DNA from: a virus
Lineage: Duplodnaviria; Caudoviricetes
Length of the DNA stretch: 64,000 nt
Strand: one strand, 5' to 3'
Virus record (IMG/VR): IMGVR_UViG_3300018405_000011
In this document: in pieces, positions 37,722 to 47,070 of the stretch
Numbering within the stretch: position 1 is the stretch's first letter
Layout: each line of letters opens with the position of its first letter
Program-made: the position numbers and the translations under genes
The notes under the pieces: model-generated
What the model saw: the letters and a program-made list of their open reading frames with translations, nothing else
Told to the model about the DNA's origin: nothing
Database searches by the model: none

Positions 37722-38591
37722 ATGCTTACTGAAACACGCACTAAAGGTACAGAAGAAGAGTTATCGTTAAAGAATCGCTATGGGCACTATGTTGGAGCCT
37801 TTATTAAGAATGAGCTGCCAGGAGCTAAACGCCCCAATGGTGAACTCATGTCGAATAGTGACCCTTACGGCACAGGCTGCGTTGAAACCTTAGGTCTCTA
37901 CCATATCTCTGGGGACGACCCACGTTACACATTCCTGGGAGGGGGGCACAGTCGCACGGCGTGGTTTGATGGTCTAAGTGACGTCGTCATAAAGACCCGT
38001 GACCAAACAGAAGCGAGGGAAGGAAATGGGTTGGAATATGCGGCATGGAAACTCTTAAGTAAATCAGCTAAAAGGAAATTACTTTGTCCAATTGCCAGTA
38101 TCAGTTCTGAAGGTGATGTACTTCGAATGCAGCCCGCGCGGTCACTTGCACATGACGAGATGGTCATTGAAGTCAATAGTATCTTCCAGTACTATCGTCG
38201 TGATAACTTTGGTTGGATTCAAATCTCTCCTACGATTGAAAGATTGGTATCTGTTGATTACGCGGATATCGACTTAGAGGGAGAGTTCCACGACTATATA
38301 CCGCAACTAAGTCAACGACCCTTTACCGGAGAACCACCTTTCGTATCTAAAGACGTGAGAATGTTCAAAATCGGCGAGTGTCGAAATATCCATACCTTTG
38401 AGCGCTGTGATGAGGAAGGTAAACCGTTAAAGGACCATCCTAAAACACTATATGCTGCTTACTGTGTTAGAAATAAAGATTACATCGAGAACCTCGAGTC
38501 CGTAATGCTAGAAAGGGGCGTAAGTAAGGCGCAGTTACGATCTGCCGAAAAGGCATATGCGCGCAGTCTAGAAACCAAAAACAAAGTTTAA
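37722..38591 (+). CDS. Protein kinase-like fold protein
   Basis: LGGGHSRTA Gly loop, VVIK, NGLE, LCP, RDNFG, VSVDYA. Confidence 0.55.
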   Translation: MLTETRTKGTEEELSLKNRYGHYVGAFIKNELPGAKRPNGELMSNSDPYGTGCVETLGLYHISGDDPRYTFLGGGHSRTAWFDGLSDVVIKTRDQTEAREGNGLEYAAWKLLSKSAKRKLLCPIASISSEGDVLRMQPARSLAHDEMVIEVNSIFQYYRRDNFGWIQISPTIERLVSVDYADIDLEGEFHDYIPQLSQRPFTGEPPFVSKDVRMFKIGECRNIHTFERCDEEGKPLKDHPKTLYAAYCVRNKDYIENLESVMLERGVSKAQLRSAEKAYARSLETKNKV

Positions 38592-38651
38592 ATGAGTACT
38601 CATGAATGAAGGTCTGCTTACATGTGAGTACTAAAATGAGGAATATTGTTT

Positions 38652-39266
38652 ATGTCAGAATATGGTAATTTTTTAACAGGGCGAAAAGTAAAAAATCCTA
38701 GAAATATCTTCGAGCGGATATTTTCCATGACCCTGGACGATGACCAAAAATATCTTCGCTACAATAGCGACTTGGATATCGCTCGATACACGTTCTCATT
38801 AACACCTGACTGCCTGGAGCAAATTGAAAAGTACGCGGGCTATGTTAAGTTAGATATAAAGGAGGTCGCTCTGGCGGTTCTATCACTGTTAGAGCCTAAG
38901 AATCAAAAATATGCAGATTTTATTCTTAAGGATTATAAAGGTAATGCCTTAGAAGTTTTATGGGTTGGGTTGTTTCATATAGACCGTTTTAGAGGACCGA
39001 GGCTCTTACCCATGGTATTTCTTTACCCACACTTCAAAAAGAATTTAACTAAGGATGAATACACAGGTATTTTAAAATATCGCCCTCAAGGCTACCCGAG
39101 CTATATTTATCTCTACGTAAATTTAATTAATCTCACCGTAAAGTATCTCAATGTTGGAAAAGAAAAAGTTCCAATTCGAGAAGCTAAATGTAATAACTTT
39201 TACATGGCATCTCTGGTGCAAGACTCAGCTATTCAACTATCTAAGAACTATCGGTATATTTTATAA
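38652..39266 (+). CDS. Hypothetical protein
   Basis: GAGGA RBS, start moved to 38652. Confidence 0.7.
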   Translation: MSEYGNFLTGRKVKNPRNIFERIFSMTLDDDQKYLRYNSDLDIARYTFSLTPDCLEQIEKYAGYVKLDIKEVALAVLSLLEPKNQKYADFILKDYKGNALEVLWVGLFHIDRFRGPRLLPMVFLYPHFKKNLTKDEYTGILKYRPQGYPSYIYLYVNLINLTVKYLNVGKEKVPIREAKCNNFYMASLVQDSAIQLSKNYRYIL

Positions 39267-39289
39267 ACAACTTACTAAAGGGTGAAAGT

Positions 39290-39619
39290 ATGTTACAACA
39301 CGTAAGCACTCCAACTCTCGCGGTCTTATTCTTAGCTGTGGGGTTAGTCACTCTGACTCTACCTAAAAAAGAAATGACTGTATATCAGGATAAGGCTCTG
39401 TCTAATAGCCAGGAATCTCAGGACTATATATTGCGGTGTTTGAATACATCAGTTATCAAAAGTGATATCGAAGAAGGTGTCCGTATCTGCGAAAGCCAAG
39501 CAAAGGAACTGTTCGGCGATACCATTTTTTATGGGGCATCGGCTTTTGGAGCGGTGCGTTTTTGTATTACAGATAACATTAAAAGCACACAAAGCTGTTT
39601 AAAAGAAAACTACCACTAA
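39290..39619 (+). CDS. Membrane-anchored or exported protein
   Basis: N-terminal hydrophobic helix, four Cys. Confidence 0.7.
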   Translation: MLQHVSTPTLAVLFLAVGLVTLTLPKKEMTVYQDKALSNSQESQDYILRCLNTSVIKSDIEEGVRICESQAKELFGDTIFYGASAFGAVRFCITDNIKSTQSCLKENYH

Positions 39620-39632
39620 AGGGGGACACGGC

Positions 39633-40547
39633 ATGTTAGGACCTAGATTTGCAATAGACCACCCGTCATCAGAAACGTTTATCGAAGTTCCATTAGACCA
39701 TAATGATTTTACTAATGGTAACATTAATAATAACGGCAGTATTAAACTCAGCAACATTTTGACTCAGTTCTCCTCCAATAAACCAGAAGGTACACTCCAC
39801 CTTCTAGTGGACGGTATCGTACATAGCTATATTCATATTTGTAATGGAGAAATCGCGGTAATCGAAAACGCAATGTCAAATAGTAACCTCAAACAGGAAG
39901 AGGGTGGCGCAGATGGCTTACCGGCATGGCAACAGTTTGCGGACTACGGTCTAAGCTCACTCAAGCCCCCTCAGATAGGTAGCGGTAAAACGGACGTTAT
40001 TTTAGTAGACGATCATCAAAAAGGAAAAACTGCGGCTATAGTGGCCGCTACCTTTGTTCGAGGTGGTCTGACAGTATCACCTGGAAGTACTGTCACCAGA
40101 CATGACGGTACTATCGTCGATGATGCTGAGACCATTCGTTTACGTGACCCATTTAACTATTTTTCTGGGACAACACTGACTTCTTTATGCCGAGTGCGTT
40201 CACCAATTGACAAGAAGGCTGAAGGTGACCAGGGGCTAGAATGTACTTGGGATGAAATTAAGAAAAGAAATAATGGACTCTCTACGCGGGAGGAACGTTT
40301 AGTCAAACATTGGCTTGAGCTATTAGAACCTGAAACGATTGATGGCACTGCCATGGATTTTGACGGGAACACCGCTTATCCTGCATCTATGAGAAAGGCA
40401 GAAATGAAGCATCTGGAGTCTGATGCTAAACGCATGAATCCTGCGTATCGTGACGGGAAGCGCTTACAGAATGACTTGCCTGGACCAATGCGCAAGAAAC
40501 CTAACCGTAAGAAGCTAAAAGTTAAACGCAAAGCCTCTCGCCGATAA
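39633..40547 (+). CDS. Hypothetical protein
   Basis: GGGGG RBS; basic RKKLKVKRKASRR tail. Confidence 0.7.
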   Translation: MLGPRFAIDHPSSETFIEVPLDHNDFTNGNINNNGSIKLSNILTQFSSNKPEGTLHLLVDGIVHSYIHICNGEIAVIENAMSNSNLKQEEGGADGLPAWQQFADYGLSSLKPPQIGSGKTDVILVDDHQKGKTAAIVAATFVRGGLTVSPGSTVTRHDGTIVDDAETIRLRDPFNYFSGTTLTSLCRVRSPIDKKAEGDQGLECTWDEIKKRNNGLSTREERLVKHWLELLEPETIDGTAMDFDGNTAYPASMRKAEMKHLESDAKRMNPAYRDGKRLQNDLPGPMRKKPNRKKLKVKRKASRR

Positions 40548-40583
40548 TGGCTACAACGCGAACATTTAAAAAGGAGTACTACC

Positions 40584-41186
40584 GTGAATAAACTAAACAA
40601 TACTCAAAAGTTCTATAAGGTGCCATTTCCAACAGACTCTATTAATGACACCTTTGTCATTAACCTAGAAGAAGAACGTGCTACTTTATCGGGCCCTAAC
40701 CCAGATGGCAGTGCTAGCTTCATTCTACAGGTTCCTAGAGAAGCACTGGCTCAAATAAAGCACATCGAAGTCTATCTCAATCGTCGTGACATTAAAAGTG
40801 AGTTAATTCACGTTGCTGATGATGGTAAAGAAGCCTATGCTCTATTTCGACAGTGGTACACTGGAGAACTTCAGCGCAGTATGGCGCCTCAGCGAAAATA
40901 CTTCAATATAGAGTATGACGGTGTACATTACAGTGACGCAGTAAGGGTCTGTAATATGGTTATTTTCGATGGCGGTAGTAAATGCGTAGAGTTAACTGAC
41001 GCACTCTTAGGCATTCCGTCGTTAATCATTGAAGATAAAAACACGCCTGCGTTTAAAACCGGGCGCGACGTGGAAAAGGACACGGAGAGCCAACGCATAG
41101 ATGCTTTAACTGCATCGGTAGGCGATAATATACCGGAATCATCAGATGAAGATAATTACTGGGTTGACAATAACCCATTGGATTAA
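40584..41186 (+). CDS. Hypothetical protein
   Basis: AGGAG RBS, GTG start. Confidence 0.7.
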   Translation: MNKLNNTQKFYKVPFPTDSINDTFVINLEEERATLSGPNPDGSASFILQVPREALAQIKHIEVYLNRRDIKSELIHVADDGKEAYALFRQWYTGELQRSMAPQRKYFNIEYDGVHYSDAVRVCNMVIFDGGSKCVELTDALLGIPSLIIEDKNTPAFKTGRDVEKDTESQRIDALTASVGDNIPESSDEDNYWVDNNPLD

Positions 41187-41203
41187 AAAATAGGAGAGTA
41201 TCC

Positions 41204-41692
41204 ATGTTTCCTTCACCAAGACTGCTGCCGTTTCTAGATATAGATGACACAGTGATTAACGTAGAAATCGATGAATGTTGCCCGCACTGCGGGCATTCTA
41301 TATTAGAGCTAGACCCAGACGAAGTTGATCCTAAGATACACTGCGGAGGTTGTGGAAAAGATACTGGTTATGCCTTATATCTTTTACCTAAAGAACCTAA
41401 GGTTTTCTTTTATGTGACAGGGGATGTAAGATATACCCCTGTCGAAAACTCTTTTAATTATGGTCTGTTAACTAACCGTGACGGAATGGCTAAGAGTTTT
41501 TATAATGGGTTTCCTATTAAAGGCAAAGAAGACTGGAGAATTATAGACCAATCCCTGCTACTGGAACATCTGCGTAAAGGTGACCTCACTAAGGATGTTA
41601 ACCAGGCATACTTAGTTAAAAGGGAAGCTGTTAACACCGCTAGAGGTGGAAACAATAGCCCGGCGCTCGTTACAGTGGACAGTGAACTTTAA
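41204..41692 (+). CDS. Zn-ribbon hypothetical protein
   Basis: CPHCG...CGGCG. Confidence 0.7.
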   Translation: MFPSPRLLPFLDIDDTVINVEIDECCPHCGHSILELDPDEVDPKIHCGGCGKDTGYALYLLPKEPKVFFYVTGDVRYTPVENSFNYGLLTNRDGMAKSFYNGFPIKGKEDWRIIDQSLLLEHLRKGDLTKDVNQAYLVKREAVNTARGGNNSPALVTVDSEL

Positions 41693-41745
41693 ATAGGGGG
41701 GGGGGTTATGAAACTCCCTGCCTATTTGGCATATCGAGGTAACTA

Positions 41746-42180
41746 ATGAAAGCTAATAGGCTCCTCAAACTCCAAATGGAAATTGATACCATGGCCAAGG
41801 CCAGAAACTACCGACCGCTTTCCAGGAAGGACGTCGTTAAATGGTATCCTATTTATGAGAAGTATTTAAATGGTTTTCAAAACCCATTGCGTGAACTCTT
41901 TATTAGTGGAACGCGCATTGCAAGGGGATTCCAGAGAGTTGTAATCGGTGACTTCGGTGCGTATGTGGAAATCGCACCAGAAGACATGCTTATCGTACCA
42001 GAAGTGCAGCCAGGTCAAGAATGGCGGTTAGATGAAACCTATCTTAAACAGAAGGGCTTTAGCCTAAAGTACGCCTGGTACCACTTTAAAGGGTTTAAAA
42101 TTTATAAGCAGCTAGCTACGGTTAAGTATGCCGATTATAAACCTGGTTTTTATTACGTGTCCGTTCTATATTTTGATTAA
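41746..42180 (+). CDS. Hypothetical protein
   Basis: RVVIGDFGAYVE...KIYKQLATVKYADYKPGFYYVS; GAGG RBS. Confidence 0.7.
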   Translation: MKANRLLKLQMEIDTMAKARNYRPLSRKDVVKWYPIYEKYLNGFQNPLRELFISGTRIARGFQRVVIGDFGAYVEIAPEDMLIVPEVQPGQEWRLDETYLKQKGFSLKYAWYHFKGFKIYKQLATVKYADYKPGFYYVSVLYFD

Positions 42181-42188
42181 GGTGATTT

Positions 42189-42959
42189 ATGAAAAGTTAT
42201 TTAGATTTAGGTTTAGACTTTGGGAAAATAGATTTTCCGACACAGCCGTTTTTTGACGACGTTTGTAGGGCCGCAGACTATGCCATTAACCATAACGCGG
42301 TTATGACATGGACACGTGATGATGACTTTAACATGTTATCTCCAATAGGGGATGACGTGCTAGAAATTTTAGTACATGTGTGTGAAAGCTGGAAAGAGGT
42401 TGGTCACTTAATCCGCATACAGCTAGATAACGAAGATCAAGGGCAGCTTATAGATGACAGCGTCAGTATCTTTAATGCCTCACGACGCTGCAACTGGAAA
42501 CCGGAGAATGCTGTTAACTACGATAAAATTCCCGCGATAAAACTGACTGACCTACTTCTTCATTTTTCAACAGATGGTTACATGGTGGTCAATAAAAGTG
42601 TCGTTTTCCTAGCACCTGAGCCAGTGAGGGTTACAATGGACAGCGTACACGATTATATTAAACTGGGTGACTTACCGCTTTCGTTAGTTGTGGCTAACTG
42701 TAAACCCCTAGAATACCACGCGGACGATGTATTGGCGACGATAGAGCAACGCCGTATAGAAGGAGTAAAGATTATCTGGGGTTGTATTAATAGCGGGCAG
42801 CGCATTATTAACGCTTACGGGTCGTTCCGTCTAGCGACCGGATTTATGGTCAATGGGATTAGCAAGGACGATGTCGTTGCAATCTGTTCTGGTTACAATG
42901 ACCCAGTCCGCCCTGAACACATTACTGGAGTTCTTCCTTTCGTAGATAGTGATGTTTAA
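42189..42959 (+). CDS. Hypothetical protein
   Basis: AAGGTG RBS. Confidence 0.75.
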   Translation: MKSYLDLGLDFGKIDFPTQPFFDDVCRAADYAINHNAVMTWTRDDDFNMLSPIGDDVLEILVHVCESWKEVGHLIRIQLDNEDQGQLIDDSVSIFNASRRCNWKPENAVNYDKIPAIKLTDLLLHFSTDGYMVVNKSVVFLAPEPVRVTMDSVHDYIKLGDLPLSLVVANCKPLEYHADDVLATIEQRRIEGVKIIWGCINSGQRIINAYGSFRLATGFMVNGISKDDVVAICSGYNDPVRPEHITGVLPFVDSDV

Positions 42960-42974
42960 CAAGCGGATAAGTAC

Positions 42975-43004
42975 TTGCGTTCCTTGCGGATGTAAGGAAC
43001 GCAA
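42975..43004 (+). terminator. Intrinsic terminator
   Basis: TTGCGTTCCTTGC/GTAAGGAACGCAA stem. Confidence 0.7.
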
Positions 43005-43033
43005 ACAATCTTTTTATTAGGAGCGCATGATTT

Positions 43034-44293
43034 ATGCAAGACTACATCAGTCAGTTATTTCTCTACGTTACCACCTTAACTGGCGGTAATGATTTTCTTA
43101 CTACGGCAATCATTGGCGGCATTGCCGTAGCGATGAGGAATATACCAAAACAAATTTATCGCAGTATTAAATATAAGCTTCGTTACGTGGTCATCCTAGA
43201 TGAAACCGGTAAAGGTAATGCGGCGATTACTAACCTAATGCAGCTTGCGGATGAATACAGTCTTTCTAAATCTACACGTATTTTCTCATTAGACTTCTAT
43301 AGTGTAAGGAGACGCGAGTTTACTTTAGTACCTGGATTAGGCACAACTCCATGTTACTATAATGGTCGCTTCTTTTTTATTACCAAAAAGGATTTACCAT
43401 CAGATGGCGCCGAAACCCAGAAGTATCGATATACGGTCGTCTATTACGGGCTAAGTAAGGCGCCTCTTTTTGATTTCTTAAATTCTAGAAAAGTAGAACC
43501 TAATTTAGACGAATACACAATCGATATAGGGGGTCGCGTAAAACCGACCAAGAAAACCTATCTTGATACGGTGACCTTAGCCGACCACGATAAGCAATTT
43601 TTTAAAGAACAAATTGCTAACTTTACAGCGAGGAAAGATTTTGCTGCGCTACACGGCATGGACCACAAAATGGTTATTTTGCTTCCAGGTGAACCTGGTA
43701 CGGGTAAAACTACCATGGCTAAGGTTATTGCTTCTGAACTCGGCAGGGATTTAGTAGTCATTAAAGCTGATGAGAATGGAGTGTCTGCACTTACGGCGTC
43801 AGAAGGTACATGTGCGAGAAGGGTCTTTGTTTTAGAAGATGCGCATTCTTATATGAATCTTCTAAAACCGGAATATTGTCAGAATGGGTTAGTATCTATG
43901 GGTAGTAAAGAAGTATCTCTGGATGCCTTCCTAGGTGTCCTTCAACCACTGGTACCCGCTAAAGAGTTAGTTCTTATTATAACGGCTAATGACTTGGATA
44001 AATTACACCCTGCCATTTTCAGACCGGGGAGAGTGACTGCCATACATGAACTGTCTAGGCTATCGCCGGACCTTGTTAAAGAAGACTTAACTAAGGTTTA
44101 TGGTAACGAACTTGAAAATATTAAAGTCAGTATGTCATGGAGGGGCTGCGATTTAGCGATGTTTAAAGAACTGTACTATACAAGACAGTACCAACCACAG
44201 CAGCTGATCAATTATATCGAGCACGAAATGCCTCCTTTACCTGAGGTAAGGCATAACAATCTTTCTGACCACACTTTAAAACTGGTCAGCTAA
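43034..44293 (+). CDS. BCS1-like membrane-anchored AAA ATPase
   Basis: N-terminal TM; BCS1-like linker; LLPGEPGTGKTT, FVLEDAH, LIITAN, LHPAIFRPGRV. Confidence 0.75.
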   Translation: MQDYISQLFLYVTTLTGGNDFLTTAIIGGIAVAMRNIPKQIYRSIKYKLRYVVILDETGKGNAAITNLMQLADEYSLSKSTRIFSLDFYSVRRREFTLVPGLGTTPCYYNGRFFFITKKDLPSDGAETQKYRYTVVYYGLSKAPLFDFLNSRKVEPNLDEYTIDIGGRVKPTKKTYLDTVTLADHDKQFFKEQIANFTARKDFAALHGMDHKMVILLPGEPGTGKTTMAKVIASELGRDLVVIKADENGVSALTASEGTCARRVFVLEDAHSYMNLLKPEYCQNGLVSMGSKEVSLDAFLGVLQPLVPAKELVLIITANDLDKLHPAIFRPGRVTAIHELSRLSPDLVKEDLTKVYGNELENIKVSMSWRGCDLAMFKELYYTRQYQPQQLINYIEHEMPPLPEVRHNNLSDHTLKLVS

Positions 44294-44320
44294 GGTTATA
44301 TGTTGTAGCCAAAGTAAAAT

Positions 44321-44334
44321 AAAACCTATATTAC
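44321..44334 (+). promoter_or_regulatory. Early promoter motif followed by a stem-loop
   Basis: AAAACCTATATTAC then AATGGATAGAC/GTCTATCCATT. Confidence 0.8.
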
Positions 44335-44398
44335 TTAATGGATAGACTTAGACGGTCTATCCATTAGTTTCTATTTCATTTTTTATAAGGACTTTGCC

Positions 44399-44797
44399 AT
44401 GAAAACCAAACCACTTAACCAAGGATACTTTGTTCCTTTTGGCTTTATCTTATTACTCACTGCATACTGGGGATTGATTAAACTGGTAGTCGCCATGGGG
44501 GAAGCTAACGCGGCGTACTTTGATATCAGTGAACTTAATGCATTTCTATGGTTTTTTGGAAACTTAGGTCTTGTAACGTTAATTGCGAGCATCCCTCTAT
44601 TATCCTCTAAATGGTTCTGTACAGTGTTATTTAGCGCAGTCTTTATATCCATGAGTGCATGGTCACTCCCATTTAACATGGACATTACTGGTTTTTCATT
44701 TACTCTAGTAGCTGGGTTTAGTGCTGCGGTCTCGGTTGTAGCGAGTTATACATTAGCGGTATTTCTCGTTTATAAGCGTGTTAGTGTTAAAAGGTAA
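44399..44797 (+). CDS. Four-TM membrane protein
   Basis: Four hydrophobic segments. Confidence 0.75.
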   Translation: MKTKPLNQGYFVPFGFILLLTAYWGLIKLVVAMGEANAAYFDISELNAFLWFFGNLGLVTLIASIPLLSSKWFCTVLFSAVFISMSAWSLPFNMDITGFSFTLVAGFSAAVSVVASYTLAVFLVYKRVSVKR

Positions 44798-44813
44798 AAT
44801 GAGGGTACCATCT

Positions 44814-45290
44814 ATGAAAACGATTATTGTTCCGTCCGACGATACGGCTATTCCTTTTGAGCGAATTGATTATCCAGAAAGTAAAGAAGAAGCCGTGGCT
44901 CTCAATACTGCCCAGTTCATAGGGGTAATTTGTAAATCATGTAAAACCAAAGTAAATGTTTTACAGAATGGGAAGATAGTCGCGATTGCGCGCACATTAA
45001 GACACACCCGCAGCCGACGCTGCATTACCTGTCACCCTGAAGAGCGGGTAGTGCATAAACCTACCCCTAAAGTTACTGTTACCAAAGTAAATGATACTCA
45101 AATAAAGGTGTCTAGTTTAAATGAACCATTAGAGCCTACTGAGTTTAATGAGCTCGAGTCATTAGGGGAAATACAAAAGGCACGTAAAGATACAAAGGCA
45201 GTACGCAATAACCGGGCGCGCACAATCAACGAAGACCGCCGCATAGCAAAAGAACTAGGATTAACCCTAGAAGAGTACTACAGCGCCTAA
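44814..45290 (+). CDS. Zn-finger hypothetical protein
   Basis: CKSCK...CITCH; start moved to 44814. Confidence 0.65.
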   Translation: MKTIIVPSDDTAIPFERIDYPESKEEAVALNTAQFIGVICKSCKTKVNVLQNGKIVAIARTLRHTRSRRCITCHPEERVVHKPTPKVTVTKVNDTQIKVSSLNEPLEPTEFNELESLGEIQKARKDTKAVRNNRARTINEDRRIAKELGLTLEEYYSA

Positions 45291-45327
45291 CTGGCGTTTA
45301 TAATCAAACGATATATGGTGAACACAA

Positions 45328-45558
45328 ATGAAAACAATTTTAGGCTTAGTCATTCCGGTAGAACACTATCCGCGCATCTTTAATAGAAATAAGAGTGAAC
45401 TGCACTACGTTGACTTTAATATCGACTTCGTTGTACAGACCACATATAGTTCAACTAAAGGTACACGGTTTCATGCCATGTTAGAAGGGGAGCGTAAAGA
45501 AATGGAACGTATCGCTGAGATGGCTAAAACTGCGGGGTATGAAACTTATGTCCGTTAG
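45328..45558 (+). CDS. Hypothetical protein
   Basis: Operon packing. Confidence 0.6.
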   Translation: MKTILGLVIPVEHYPRIFNRNKSELHYVDFNIDFVVQTTYSSTKGTRFHAMLEGERKEMERIAEMAKTAGYETYVR

Positions 45559-45913
45559 CCCCTCACTGGAATCACTGGGACGCGCTAAAAAGCGCGTTTA
45601 TTTTTCTTATGACGTCAATGAACTGAAAACCCTTTTAGAGAATAAATGGGAAGGGGTATATAGCTTCATTACTAGTATTGAAGGTAAATCGGCGATTGAA
45701 CCTATCTTGATTAACTGTTCGCATCATGGGGAATTCACCTCGTCATTACGTAAAGTATACAATGGACCTAAATACTTATGTAAGCAGTGCCAGATTGAAC
45801 ATGCGGCTATAGGGCATCGTCGCCTTATCGAAATCAACACACCGGCGAATACTAAACCCAAATCGGCAAAACCTAGGAACTATAGTAGCTTAAAAAACTT
45901 AACGCAATACTAA
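45539..45913 (+). CDS. Single CxHHG Zn-repeat protein
   Basis: INCSHHGEF...LCKQC matches the repeat unit of 27379-28509. Confidence 0.6.
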   Translation: MKLMSVSPSLESLGRAKKRVYFSYDVNELKTLLENKWEGVYSFITSIEGKSAIEPILINCSHHGEFTSSLRKVYNGPKYLCKQCQIEHAAIGHRRLIEINTPANTKPKSAKPRNYSSLKNLTQY

Positions 45914-45922
45914 GAGAGATTT

Positions 45923-46216
45923 ATGGAAATTATTACTACGCCTTGTTTAGCAGACGATTTAGAACGCTGGCTAGAGATAGGGTTTATTAGTAAAGATGGG
46001 CGAAGTTTCATCGAGCTTACCCCTTGGGAAAAAGAACGCATACTGGACGATTTTCAAATACGTGCACTCTGTGCGATTCACTATACGACTAAAATTCTCA
46101 TTCTAGCAGAAAACAATCGTAACGAGCATTATAAGCCTTTAGCGTTGGAATCCAAACACTTAGCGGTAAAAGCAGAAAACCCCATTACAGGCACCATCGA
46201 AACTTTTAACTTTTAA
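45923..46216 (+). CDS. Hypothetical protein
   Basis: Operon packing. Confidence 0.65.
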   Translation: MEIITTPCLADDLERWLEIGFISKDGRSFIELTPWEKERILDDFQIRALCAIHYTTKILILAENNRNEHYKPLALESKHLAVKAENPITGTIETFNF

Positions 46217-46233
46217 TAAACGGAGATACCACC

Positions 46234-46608
46234 ATGCCTAGAATTATGCAAACCCCAATGTCAGTAGTGGAAGAGTTAGATATTAAAAATATTGACGAAG
46301 CCGACGTACTAAACTGTATCTTTTATTTCATTACTAAAACAAACTTAGAGCAAGACAGAATTCAACTCTATCCCATCGTCCGTCATAAGAAATGGGCAGT
46401 TCAGATTGAACTAAAAGGGTTAGTCTCTAACATCGCTACGGCTCCTCGCTTTACCTGGTTACAGTCTGAAGGTGACACATTACACTTTAACTGGTTAACC
46501 GATACCCCGGCCCCTAAGGAACTAACCCTGATGGAGTTCCGCATGGATCATAAAACCATAGAGGAATACTTCTTAGCAGAGTTACCTCTATGGGAAAAGA
46601 AAATTTAA
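46234..46608 (+). CDS. Hypothetical protein
   Basis: GGAG RBS. Confidence 0.7.
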   Translation: MPRIMQTPMSVVEELDIKNIDEADVLNCIFYFITKTNLEQDRIQLYPIVRHKKWAVQIELKGLVSNIATAPRFTWLQSEGDTLHFNWLTDTPAPKELTLMEFRMDHKTIEEYFLAELPLWEKKI

Positions 46609-46627
46609 TTAAGTAAAGGAATTATAA

Positions 46628-47041
46628 ATGAAAAGTTTTAAGAAACATATCTTTAATGCTACGTATGAGTGGCTGATAGAGAACGGTAAACGCCCTTACA
46701 TCATCATTGACTTTACAAATGAGCAAGTCATTGCTCCGGCTGGTTATGACCGCGACGGTTATCTTGTACTGAATTTATCACCAAATGCAATTGGTGACTT
46801 CCTCGTCAATGACGACGGCATTTCTTTTAAAGGTGCATTTAATGGGAAACGTCAGGCCGTTTCACTACCTTGGGATGCGGTGGTGAGATTATATGCTGAT
46901 GGCACCGGCGAGGGATTAAGCGACATGGCTGCCGATGAATGGCGTAACCAAATGGACATGTGGAGTATCCAGTGCCCGCGAGATGAAAGTACTAATGTAA
47001 AGCCTACTGAAAACAAACCTAAACTGTCTATTGTTAAATAA
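46628..47041 (+). CDS. sspB: Stringent starvation protein B (ClpXP adaptor)
   Basis: ATYEWLIENGKRPYI, LVLNLSPNA, ISFKGAFNG, LPWDAVVRLYA..TGEG, C-terminal PKLSIVK. Confidence 0.9.
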   Translation: MKSFKKHIFNATYEWLIENGKRPYIIIDFTNEQVIAPAGYDRDGYLVLNLSPNAIGDFLVNDDGISFKGAFNGKRQAVSLPWDAVVRLYADGTGEGLSDMAADEWRNQMDMWSIQCPRDESTNVKPTENKPKLSIVK

Positions 47042-47070
47042 CCGTAAAACTATCATTAAGGATAAAACTC

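Noticed and set aside
38592-38645. Short ATGAGTACTCAT palindrome and repeated GAGTACT
   Set aside because: Too short to distinguish from chance and not seen elsewhere
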